DNA from: the human T2T-CHM13v2.0 reference genome, Homo sapiens
DNA length: 64,000 nucleotides
Strand: one strand, 5' to 3'
Assembly (NCBI RefSeq): GCF_009914755.1
Contig: NC_060943.1
In this document: positions 12,701-24,700 of the stretch, piece by piece
Layout of the letters: every line of letters starts with the position of its first letter
Position numbering within the stretch: the stretch's first letter is position 1
The notes under the pieces: model-generated
Databases searched by the model: none
Told to the model about the DNA's origin: nothing
The model's input: only the letters and a program-made list of their open reading frames with translations
Made by a program: the position numbers and the translations under genes

Positions 12701-15700
12701 GAATTTGCAAGTGGAGATTTCAAGCGCTTTGGGGTCAAAGGCAGAAAAGGAAATATCTTCGTATAAAAACTAGACAGAATCATTCTCAGAAACCGCTCTG
12801 TGATGTGTGCGTTCAACTCTCAGAGTTTAACTTTTCTTTCCATTCAGCAGTTTGGAAACACTCTGTTTGTAAAGTCTGCACGTGGATATTTTGACCACTT
12901 AGAGGTCTTCGTTGGAAACGGGTTTTTTTCATGTAAGGCTAGACAGAAGAATTCCCAGTAACTTCCTTGTGTTGTGTGCATTCAACTCACAGAGATGAAC
13001 GTTCCCTTAGACAGAGCAGATTTGAAACACTCTATTTGTGCAATTTGCAAGTGTAGATTTCAAGCGCTTTAAGGTCAATGGCAGAAAAGGAAATATCTTC
13101 GTTTCAAAACTAGACAGAATCATTCCCACAAACTGCGTTGTGATGTGTTCGTTCAACTCACAGAGTTTAACCTTTCTGTTCATAGAGCAGTTAGGAAACA
13201 CTCTGTTGTAAAGTCTGTAAGTGGATATTCTGACATCTTGTGGCCTTCGTTGGAAACGGGATTTCTTCATATTCTGCTAGACAGAAGAATTCTCAGTAAC
13301 TTCTTTGTGTTGTGTGTATTCAACTCACAGAGTTGAATGATCCTTTACAGAGAGCAGACTTGAAACACTCTTTTTGTGGAATTTGCAAGTGGAGATTTCA
13401 GCCGCTTTGAGGTCAATGGTAGAATAGGAAATATCTTCCTATAGAAACTAGACAGAATGATTCTCAGAAACTCCTTTGTGATGTTTGCTTTCAAATCACA
13501 GAGTTTAACCTTTCTTTTCATAGAGCAGTTAGGAAACACTCTGGTTGTAAAGTCTGCAAGTGGATATTCAGACCTCTTTGAGGCCTTCGTTGGAAACGGG
13601 ATTTCTTCATATTCTGCTAGACAGAAGAATTCTCAGTAACTTCCTTGTGTTGTGTGTATTCAACTCACAGAGTTGAACGATCCTTTACACAGAGCAGTCT
13701 TGAAACACTCTTTTTGTGGAATTTGCAAGTGGAGATTTCTGCTGCTTTGAGGTCAATGGTAGAACAGGAAATATCTTCCTATAGAAACTAGACAGAATGA
13801 TTCTCAGAAACTCCTTTGTGATGTGGGCGTTCAACTCACAGAGTTTAACCTTTCTTTTCATAGAGCAGTTAGGAAACACTCTGTTTGTAAAGTCTGCACG
13901 TGGATACTTGGACTTCTTTGAGGCCTTCGTTGGAAACGGGTTTTTTTCATGTAAGGCTGGACAGAAGAATTCTCAGTAACTTCCTTGTGTTGTGTGTATT
14001 CAACTGACAGAGTTGAACTTTCATTTAGAGAGAGCAGATTTCAAACACTGTTTTTGTGGAATTTGCAAGTGGAGATTTCAAGCGCTTTGGGGTCAAAGGC
14101 AGAAAAGGAAATATCTTCGTATAAAAACTAGACAGAATCATTCTCAGAAACCGCTCTGTGATGTGTGTGTTCAACTCTCAGAGTTTAACTTTTCTTTCCA
14201 TTCAGCAGTTTGGAAACACTCTGTTTGTAAAGTCTGCACGTGGATATTTTGACCACTTAGAGGTCTTCGTTGGAAACGGGTTTTTTTCATGTAAGGCTAG
14301 ACAGAAGAATTCCCAGTAACTTCCTTGTGTTGTGTGCATTCAACTCACAGAGATGAACGTTCCCTTAGACAGAGCAGATTTGAAACACTCTATTTGTGCA
14401 ATTTGCAAGTGTAGATTTCAAGCGCTTTAAGGTCAATGGCAGAAAAGGAAATATCTTCGTTTCAAAACTAGACAGTATCATTCCCACAAACTGCGTTGTG
14501 ATGTGTTCGTTCAACTCACAGAGTTTAACCTTTCTGTTCATAGAGCAGTTAGGAAACACTCTGTTGTAAAGTCTGTAAGTGGATATTCTGACATCTTGTG
14601 GCCTTCGTTGGAAACGGGATTTCTTCATATTCTGCTAGACAGAAGAATTCTCAGTAACTTCTTTGTGTTGTGTGTATTCAACTCACAGAGTTGAATGATC
14701 CTTTACAGAGAGCAGACTTGAAACACTCTTTTTGTGGAATTTGCAAGTGGAGATTTCAGCCGCTTTGAGGTCAATGGTAGAATAGGAAATATCTTCCTAT
14801 AGAAACTAGACAGAATGATTCTCAGAAACTCCTTTGTGATGTTTGCTTTCAACTCACAGAGTTTAACCTTTCTTTTCATAGAGCAGTTAGGAAACACTCT
14901 GTTTGTTAAGTCTGCACGTGGATACTTGGACTTCTTTGAGGCCTTCGTTGGAAACGGGTTTTTTTCATGTAAGGCTGGACAGAAGAATTCTCAGTAACTT
15001 CCTTGTGTTGTGTGTATTCAACTGACAGAGTTGAACTTTCATTTAGAGAGAGCAGATTTGAAACACTGTTTTTGTGGAATTTGCAAGTGGAGATTTCAAG
15101 CGCTTTGGGGCCAAAGGCAGAAAAGGAAATATCTTCGTATAAAAACTAGACAGAATCATTCTCAGAAACCGCTCTGTGATGTGTGCGTTCAACTCTCAGA
15201 GTTTAACTTTTCTTTCCATTCAGCAGTTTGGAAACACTCTGTTTGTAAAGTCTGCACGTGGATATTTTGACCACTTAGAGGTCTTCGTTGGAAACGGGTT
15301 TTTTTCATGTAAGGCTAGACAGAAGAATTCCCAGTAACTTCCTTGTGTTGTGTGCATTCAACTCACAGAGATGAACGTTCCCTTAGACAGAGCAGATTTG
15401 AAACACTCTATTTGTGCAATTTGCAAGTGTAGATTTCAAGCGCTTTAAGGTCAATGGCAGAAAAGGAAATATCTTCGTTTCAAAACTAGACAGAATCATT
15501 CCCACAAACTGCGTTGTGATGTGTTCGTTCAACTCACAGAGTTTAACCTTTCTGTTCATAGAGCAGTTAGGAAACACTCTGTTTGTAAAGTCTGTAAGTG
15601 GATATTCTGACATCTTGTGGCCTTCGTTGGAAACGGGATTTCTTCATATTCTGCTAGACAGAAGAATTCTCAGTAACTTCCTTGTGTTGTGTGTATTCAA

Positions 15701-18700
15701 CTCACAGAGTTGAATGATCCTTTACACAGAGCAGACTTGAAACACTCTTTTTGTGGAATTTGCAAGTGGAGATTTCAGCCGCTTTGAGGTCAATGGTAGA
15801 ATAGGAAATATCTTCCTATAGAAACTAGACAGAATGATTCTCAGAAACTGCTTTGTGATGTGTGCTTTCAAATCACAGAGTTTAACCTTTCTTTTCATAG
15901 AGCAGTTAGGAAACACTCTGGTTGTAAAGTCTGCAAGTGGATATTCAGACCTCTTTGAGGCCTTCGTTGGAAACGGGATTTCTTCATATTCTGCTAGACA
16001 GAAGAATTCTCAGTAACTTCCTTGTGTTGTGTGTATTCAACTCACAGAGTTGAACGATCCTTTACACAGAGCAGTCTTGAAACACTCTTTTTGTGGAATT
16101 TGCAAGTGGAGATTTCTGCTGCTTTGAGGTCAATGGTAGAATAGGAAATATCTTCCTATAGAAACTAGACAGAATGATTCTCAGAAACTCCTTTGTGATG
16201 TGGGCGTTCAACTCACAGAGTTTAACCTTTCTTTTCATAGAGCAGTTAGGAAACACTCTGTTTGTAAAGTCTGCACGAGGATACTTGGACTTCTTTGAGG
16301 CCTTCGTTGGAAACGGGTTTTTTTCATGTAAGGCTGGACAGAAGAATTCTCAGTAACTTCCTTGTGTTGTGTGTATTCAACTGACAGAGTTGAACTTTCA
16401 TTTAGAGAGAGCAGATTTCAAACACTGTTTTTGTGGAATTTGCAAGTGGAGATTTCAAGCGCTTTGGGGTCAAAGGCAGAAAAGGAAATATCTTCGTATA
16501 AAAACTAGACAGAATCATTCTCAGAAACCGCTCTGTGATGTGTGCGTTCAACTCTCAGAGTTTAACTTTTCTTTCCATTCAGCAGTTTGGAAACACTCTG
16601 TTTGTAAAGTCTGCACGTGGATATTTTGACCACTTAGAGGTCTTCGTTGGAAACGGGTTTTTTTCATGTAAGGCTAGACAGAAGAATTCCCAGTAACTTC
16701 CTTGTGTTGTGTGCATTCAACTCACAGAGATGAACGTTCCCTTAGACAGAGCAGATTTGAAACACTCTATTTGTGCAATTTGCAAGTGTAGATTTCAAGC
16801 GCTTTAAGGTCAATGGCAGAAAAGGAAATATCTTCGTTTCAAAACTAGACAGAATCATTCCCACAAACTGCGTTGTGATGTGTTCGTTCAACTCACAGAG
16901 TTTAACCTTTCTGTTCATAGAGCAGTTAGGAAACACTCTGTTGTAAAGTCTGTAAGTGGATATTCTGACATCTTGTGGCCTTCGTTGGAAACGGGATTTC
17001 TTCATATTCTGCTAGACAGAAGAATTCTCAGTAACTTCTTTGTGTTGTGTGTATTCAACTCACAGAGTTGAATGATCCTTTACAGAGAGCAGACTTGAAA
17101 CACTCTTTTTGTGGAATTTGCAAGTGGAGATTTCAGCCGCTTTGAGGTCAATGGTAGAATAGGAAATATCTTCCTATAGAAACTAGACAGAATGATTCTC
17201 AGAAACTCCTTTGTGATGTTTGCTTTCAAATCACAGAGTTTAACCTTTCTTTTCATAGAGCAGTTAGGAAACACTCTGGTTGTAAAGTCTGCAAGTGGAT
17301 ATTCAGACCTCTTTGAGGCCTTCGTTGGAAACGGGATTTCTTCATATTCTGCTAGACAGAAGAATTCTCAGTAACTTCCTTGTGTTGTGTGTATTCAACT
17401 CACAGAGTTGAACGATCCTTTACACAGAGCAGTCTTGAAACACTCTTTTTGTGGAATTTGCAAGTGGAGATTTCTGCTGCTTTGAGGTCAATGGTAGAAC
17501 AGGAAATATCTTCCTATAGAAACTAGACAGAATGATTCTCAGAAACTCCTTTGTGATGTGGGCGTTCAACTCACAGAGTTTAACCTTTCTTTTCATAGAG
17601 CAGTTAGGAAACACTCTGTTTGTAAAGTCTGCACGTGGATACTTGGACTTCTTTGAGGCCTTCGTTGGAAACGGGTTTTTTTCATGTAAGGCTGGACAGA
17701 AGAATTCTCAGTAACTTCCTTGTGTTGTGTGTATTCAACTGACAGAGTTGAACTTTCATTTAGAGAGAGCAGATTTCAAACACTGTTTTTGTGGAATTTG
17801 CAAGTGGAGATTTCAAGCGCTTTGGGGTCAAAGGCAGAAAAGGAAATATCTTCGTATAAAAACTAGACAGAATCATTCTCAGAAACCGCTCTGTGATGTG
17901 TGCGTTCAACTCTCAGAGTTTAACTTTTCTTTCCATTCAGCAGTTTGGAAACACTCTGTTTGTAAAGTCTGCACGTGGATATTTTGACCACTTAGAGGTC
18001 TTCGTTGGAAACGGGTTTTTTTCATGTAAGGCTAGACAGAAGAATTCCCAGTAACTTCCTTGTGTTGTGTGCATTCAACTCACAGAGATGAACGTTCCCT
18101 TAGACAGAGCAGATTTGAAACACTCTATTTGTGCAATTTGCAAGTGTAGATTTCAAGCGCTTTAAGGTCAATGGCAGAAAAGGAAATATCTTCGTTTCAA
18201 AACTAGACAGAATCATTCCCACAAACTGCGTTGTGATGTGTTCGTTCAACTCACAGAGTTTAACCTTTCTGTTCATAGAGCAGTTAGGAAACACTCTGTT
18301 GTAAAGTCTGTAAGTGGATATTCTGACATCTTGTGGCCTTCGTTGGAAACGGGATTTCTTCATATTCTGCTAGACAGAAGAATTCTCAGTAACTTCTTTG
18401 TGTTGTGTGTATTCAACTCACAGAGTTGAATGATCCTTTACAGAGAGCAGACTTGAAACACTCTTTTTGTGGAATTTGCAAGTGGAGATTTCAGCCGCTT
18501 TGAGGTCAATGGTAGAATAGGAAATATCTTCCTATAGAAACTAGACAGAATGATTCTCAGAAACTCCTTTGTGATGTTTGCTTTCAAATCACAGAGTTTA
18601 ACCTTTCTTTTCATAGAGCAGTTAGGAAACACTCTGGTTGTAAAGTCTGCAAGTGGATATTCAGACCTCTTTGAGGCCTTCGTTGGAAACGGGATTTCTT

Positions 18701-20640
18701 CATATTCTGCTAGACAGAAGAATTCTCAGTAACTTCCTTGTGTTGTGTGTATTCAACTCACAGAGTTGAACGATCCTTTACACAGAGCAGTCTTGAAACA
18801 CTCTTTTTGTGGAATTTGCAAGTGGAGATTTCTGCTGCTTTGAGGTCAATGGTAGAACAGGAAATATCTTCCTATAGAAACTAGACAGAATGATTCTCAG
18901 AAACTCCTTTGTGATGTGGGCGTTCAACTCACAGAGTTTAACCTTTCTTTTCATAGAGCAGTTAGGAAACACTCTGTTTGTAAAGTCTGCACGTGGATAC
19001 TTGGACTTCTTTGAGGCCTTCGTTGGAAACGGGTTTTTTTCATGTAAGGCTGGACAGAAGAATTCTCAGTAACTTCCTTGTGTTGTGTGTATTCAACTGA
19101 CAGAGTTGAACTTTCATTTAGAGAGAGCAGATTTCAAACACTGTTTTTGTGGAATTTGCAAGTGGAGATTTCAAGCGCTTTGGGGTCAAAGGCAGAAAAG
19201 GAAATATCTTCGTATAAAAACTAGACAGAATCATTCTCAGAAACCGCTCTGTGATGTGTGTGTTCAACTCTCAGAGTTTAACTTTTCTTTCCATTCAGCA
19301 GTTTGGAAACACTCTGTTTGTAAAGTCTGCACGTGGATATTTTGACCACTTAGAGGTCTTCGTTGGAAACGGGTTTTTTTCATGTAAGGCTAGACAGAAG
19401 AATTCCCAGTAACTTCCTTGTGTTGTGTGCATTCAACTCACAGAGATGAACGTTCCCTTAGACAGAGCAGATTTGAAACACTCTATTTGTGCAATTTGCA
19501 AGTGTAGATTTCAAGCGCTTTAAGGTCAATGGCAGAAAAGGAAATATCTTCGTTTCAAAACTAGACAGAATCATTCCCACAAACTGCGTTGTGATGTGTT
19601 CGTTCAACTCACAGAGTTTAACCTTTCTGTTCATAGAGCAGTTAGGAAACACTCTGTTTGTAAAGTCTGTAAGTGGATATTCTGACATCTTGTGGCCTTC
19701 GTTGGAAACGGGATTTCTTCATATTCTGCTAGACAGAAGAATTCTCAGTAACTTCCTTGTGTTGTGTGTATTCAACTCACAGAGTTGAATGATCCTTTAC
19801 ACAGAGCAGACTTGAAACACTCTTTTTGTGGAATTTGCAAGTGGAGATTTCAGCCGCTTTGAGGTCAATGGTAGAATAGGAAATATCTTCCTATAGAAAC
19901 TAGACAGAATGATTCTCAGAAACTGCTTTGTGATGTGTGCTTTCAAATCACAGAGTTTAACCTTTCTTTTCATAGAGCAGTTAGGAAACACTCTGGTTGT
20001 AAAGTCTGCAAGTGGATATTCAGACCTCTTTGAGGCCTTCGTTGGAAACGGGATTTCTTCATATTCTGCTAGACAGAAGAATTCTCAGTAACTTCCTTGT
20101 GTTGTGTGTATTCAACTCACAGAGTTGAACGATCCTTTACACAGAGCAGTCTTGAAACACTCTTTTTGTGGAATTTGCAAGTGGAGATTTCTGCTGCTTT
20201 GAGGTCAATGGTAGAATAGGAAATATCTTCCTATAGAAACTAGACAGAATGATTCTCAGAAACTCCTTTGTGATGTGGGCGTTCAACTCACAGAGTTTAA
20301 CCTTTCTTTTCATAGAGCAGTTAGGAAACACTCTGTTTGTAAAGTCTGCACGAGGATACTTGGACTTCTTTGAGGCCTTCGTTGGAAACGGGTTTTTTTC
20401 ATGTAAGGCTGGACAGAAGAATTCTCAGTAACTTCCTTGTGTTGTGTGTATTCAACTGACAGAGTTGAACTTTCATTTAGAGAGAGCAGATTTCAAACAC
20501 TGTTTTTTTGGAATTTGCAAGTGGAGATTTCAAGCGCTTTGGGGTCAAAGGCAGAAAAGGAAATATCTTCGTATAAAAACTAGACAGAATCATTCTCAGA
20601 AACCGCTCTGTGATGTGTGCGTTCAACTCTCAGAGTTTAA
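9800..20640 (+). repeat. Homogeneous HOR-haplotype block of near-identical 8-mers
   Basis: Variants essentially confined to this interval: GGCTGGACAG, GCTTTCAAATCAC, TTCTTTCCATTC, TTAGAGGTCTTCG, GATTTCAAACACTG, GGGGTCAAAGG, the 1-bp deletion ACTCTGTTGTAAAG, and GTTGAATGATCC. Confidence 0.9.
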
Positions 20641-21799
20641 CTTTTCTTTTCATTCAGCAGTTTGGAAACACTCTGTTTGTAAAGTCTCCACGTGGATATT
20701 TTGACCACTTAGAAGCCTTCGTTTGAAACGGGTTTTTTTTTCACGTAAGGCTAGACAGAAGAATTCCCAGTAACTTCCTTGTGTTGTGTGCATTCAACTC
20801 ACAGAGATGAACGTTCGCTTAGACAGAGCAGATTTGAAACACTCTATTTGTGCAATTTGCAAGTGTAGATTTCAAGCGCTTTAAGGTCAATGGCAGAAAA
20901 GGAAATATCTTCGTTTCAAAACTAGACAGAATCATTCCCACAAACTGCGTTGTGATGTGTTCGTTCAACTCACAGAGTTTAACCTTTCTGTTCATAGAGC
21001 AGTGAGGAAACACTCTGTTTGTAAAGTCTGTAAGTGGATATTCTGACATCTTGTGGCCTTCGTTGGAAACGGGATTTCTTCATATTCTGCTAGACAGAAG
21101 AATTCTCAGTAACTTCTTTGTGTTGTGTGTATTCAACTCACAGAGTTGAACGATCCTTTACACAGAGCAGACTTGAAACACTCTTTTTGTGGAATTTGCA
21201 AGTGGAGATTTCAGCCGCTTTGAGGTCAATGGTAGAATAGGAAATATCTTCATATAGAAACTAGACAGAATGATTCTCAAAAACTCCTTTGTGATGTGTG
21301 CGTTCAACTCACAGAGTTTAACCTTTCTTTTCATAGAGCAGTTAGGAAACACTCTGGTTGTAAAGTCTGCAAGTGGATATTAAGACCTCTTTGAGGCCTT
21401 CGTTGGAAACGTGATTTCTTCATATTCTGCTAGACAGAAGAATTCTCAGTAACTTCTTTGTGTTGTGTGTATTCAACTCACAGAGTTGAACGATCCTTTA
21501 CACAGAGCAGACTTGAAACACTCTTTTTGTGGAATTTGCAAGTGGAGATTTCAGCCGCTTTGAGGTCAATGGTAGAATAGGAAATATCTTCCTATAGAAA
21601 CTTGACAGAATGATTCTCAGAAACTCCTTTGTGATGTGTGCGTTCAACTCACAGAGTTTAACCTTTCTTTTCATAGAGCAGTTAGGAAACACTCTGGTTG
21701 TAAAGTCTGCAAGTGGATATTAAGACCTCTTTGAGGCCTTCGTTGGAAACGGGATTTCTTCATATTCTGCTAGACAGAAGAATTCTCAGTAACTTCTTT

Positions 21800-24700
21800 G
21801 TGTTGTGTGTATTCAACTCACAGAGTTGAACGATCCTTTACACAGAGCAGACATGAAACACTCTTTTTGTGGAATTTGCAAGTGGAGATTTCTGCCGCTT
21901 TGAGGTCAATGGTAGAATAGGAAATATCTTCCTATAGAAAATAGACAGAATGATTCTCAGAAACTCCTTTGTGATGTGGGCGTTCAACTCACAGAGTTTA
22001 ACCTTTCTTTTCATAGAGCCGTTAGGAAACACTCTGTTTGTAAAGTCTGCACGTGGATATTTGGACTTCTTTGAGGCCTTCGTTGGAAACGGGTTTTTTT
22101 CATGTAAGGCTAGACGGAAGAATTCTCAGTAACTTCCTTGTGTTGTGTGTATTCAACTGACAGAGTTGAACTTTCATTTAGAGAGAGCAGATTTGAAACA
22201 CTGTTTTTGTGGAATTTGCAAGTGGAGATTTCAAGCGCTTTGGGGCCAAAGGCAAGAAAGGAAATATCTTCGTATAAAAACTAGACAGAATCATTCTCAG
22301 AAACTGCTCTGTGATGTGTGCGTTCAACTCTCAGAGTTTAACTTTTCTTTTCATTCAGCAGTTTGGAAACACTCTGTTTGTAAAGTCTGCACGTGGATAT
22401 TTTGACCACTTAGAGGCCTTCGTTGGAAACGGGTTTTTTTTCATGTAAGGCTAGACGGTAGCATTCCCAGTAACTTCCTTGTGTTGTGTGCATTCAACTC
22501 ACAGAGATGAACGTTCCCTTAGACAGAGCAGATTTGAAACGCTCTATTTGTGCAATTTGCAAGTGTAGATTTCAAGCGCTTTAAGGTCAATGGCAGAAAA
22601 GGAAATATCTTCGTTTCAAAACTAGACAGAATCATTCCCACAAACTGCGTTGTGATGTGTTCGTTCAACTCACAGAGTTTAACCTTTCTGTTCACAGAGC
22701 AGTGAGGAAACACTCTGTTTGTAAACTCTGTAAGTGGATATTCTGACATCTTGTGGCCTTCGTTGGAAAAGGGATTTCTTCATATTCTGCTAGACAGAAG
22801 AATTCTCAGTAACTTCTTTGTGTTGTGTGTATTCAACTCACAGAGTTGAACGATCCTTTATACAGAGCAGACTTGAAACACTCTTTTTGTGGAATTTGCA
22901 AGTGGAGATTTCAGCCGCTTTGAGGTCAATGGTAGAACAGGAAATATCTTCCTATAGAAACTAGACAGAATGATTCTCAGAAACTCCTTTGTGATGTGTG
23001 CGTTCAACTGACAGAGTTTAACCTTTCTTTTTATAGAGCAGTTAGGAAACACTCTGTTTGTAAAGTCTGCAAGTGGATATTAATACCTCTTTGAGGCCTT
23101 CGTTGGAAACGGGATTTCTTCATATTCTGCTAGACAGAAGAATTCTCAGTAACTTCCTTGTGTTGTGTGTATTCAACTCACAGAGTTGAACGATCCTTTA
23201 CACAGAGCAGTCTTGAAACACTCTTTTTGTGGAATTTGCAAGTGGAGATTTCTGCCGCTTTGAGGTCAATGGTAGAATAGGAAATATCTTCCTATAGAAA
23301 CTAGACAGAATGATTCTCAGAAACTCCTTTGTGATGTGGGCGTTCAACTCACAGAGTTTAACCTTCCTTTTCATAGAGCAGTTAGGAAACACTCTGTTTG
23401 TAAAGTCTGCACGTGGATATTTTGACTTCTTTGAGGCCTTCGTTGGAAACGGGTTTTTTTCATGTTAGGCTAGACGGAGGAATTCTCAGTAACTTCCTTG
23501 TGTTGTGTGTATTCAACTGACAGAGTTGAACTTTCATTTAGAGAGAGCAGATTTGAAACACTGTTTTTGTGGAATTTGCAAGTGGAGATTTCAAGCGCTT
23601 TGGGGCCAAAGGCAGAAAAGGAAATATCTTCGTATAAAAACTAGACAGAATCATTCTCAGAAACCGCTCTGTGATGTGTGCGTTCAACTCTCAGAGTTTA
23701 ACTTTTCTTTTCATTCAGCAGTTTGGAAACACTCTGTTTGTAAAGTCTGCACGTGGATATTTTGACCACTTAGAGGCCTTCGTTGGAAACGGGTTTTTTT
23801 CATGTAAGGCTAGACAGAAGCATTCCCAGTAACTTCCTTGTGTTGTGTGCATTCAACTCACAGAGATGAACGTTCCCTTAGACAGAGCAGATTTGAAACA
23901 CTCTATTTGTGCAATTTGCAAGTGTAGATTTCAAGCGCTTTAAGGTCAATGGCAGAAAAGGAAATATCTTCGTTTCAAAACTAGACAGAATCATTCCCAC
24001 AAACTGCGTTGTGATGTGTTCGTTCAACTCACAGAGTTTAACCTTTCTGTTCATAGAGCAGTGAGGAAACACTCTGTTTGTAAAGTCTGTAAGTGGATAT
24101 TCTGACATCTTGTGGCCTTCGTTGGAAACGGGATTTCTTCATATTCTGCTAGACAGAAGAATTCTCAGTAACTTCTTTGTGTTGTGTGTATTCAACTCAC
24201 AGAGTTGAACGATCCTTTACACACAGCAGACTTCAAACACTCTTTTTGTGGAATTTGCAAGTGGAGATTTCAGCCGCTTTGAGGTCAATGGTAGAATAGG
24301 AAATATCTTCCTATAGAAACTAGACAGAATGATTCTCAGAAACTCCTTTGTGATGTGGGCGTTCAACTCACAGAGTTTAACCTTTCTTTTCATAGAGCCG
24401 TTAGGAAACACTCTGTTTGTAAATTCTGCACGTGGATATTTGGACTTCTTAGAGGCCTTCGTTGGAAACGGGTTTTTTTCATGTAAGGCTAGACGGAAGA
24501 ATTCTCAGTAACTTCCTTGTGTTGTGTGTATTCAACTGACAGAGTTGAAGTTTCATTAAGAGAGAGCAGATTTGAAACACTGTTTTTGTGGAATTTGCAA
24601 GTGGAGATTTCAAGCGCTTTGGGGCCAAAGGCAGAAAAGGAAATATCTTCGTATAAAAACTAGACAGAATCATTCTCAGAAACTGCTCTGTGATGTGTGC

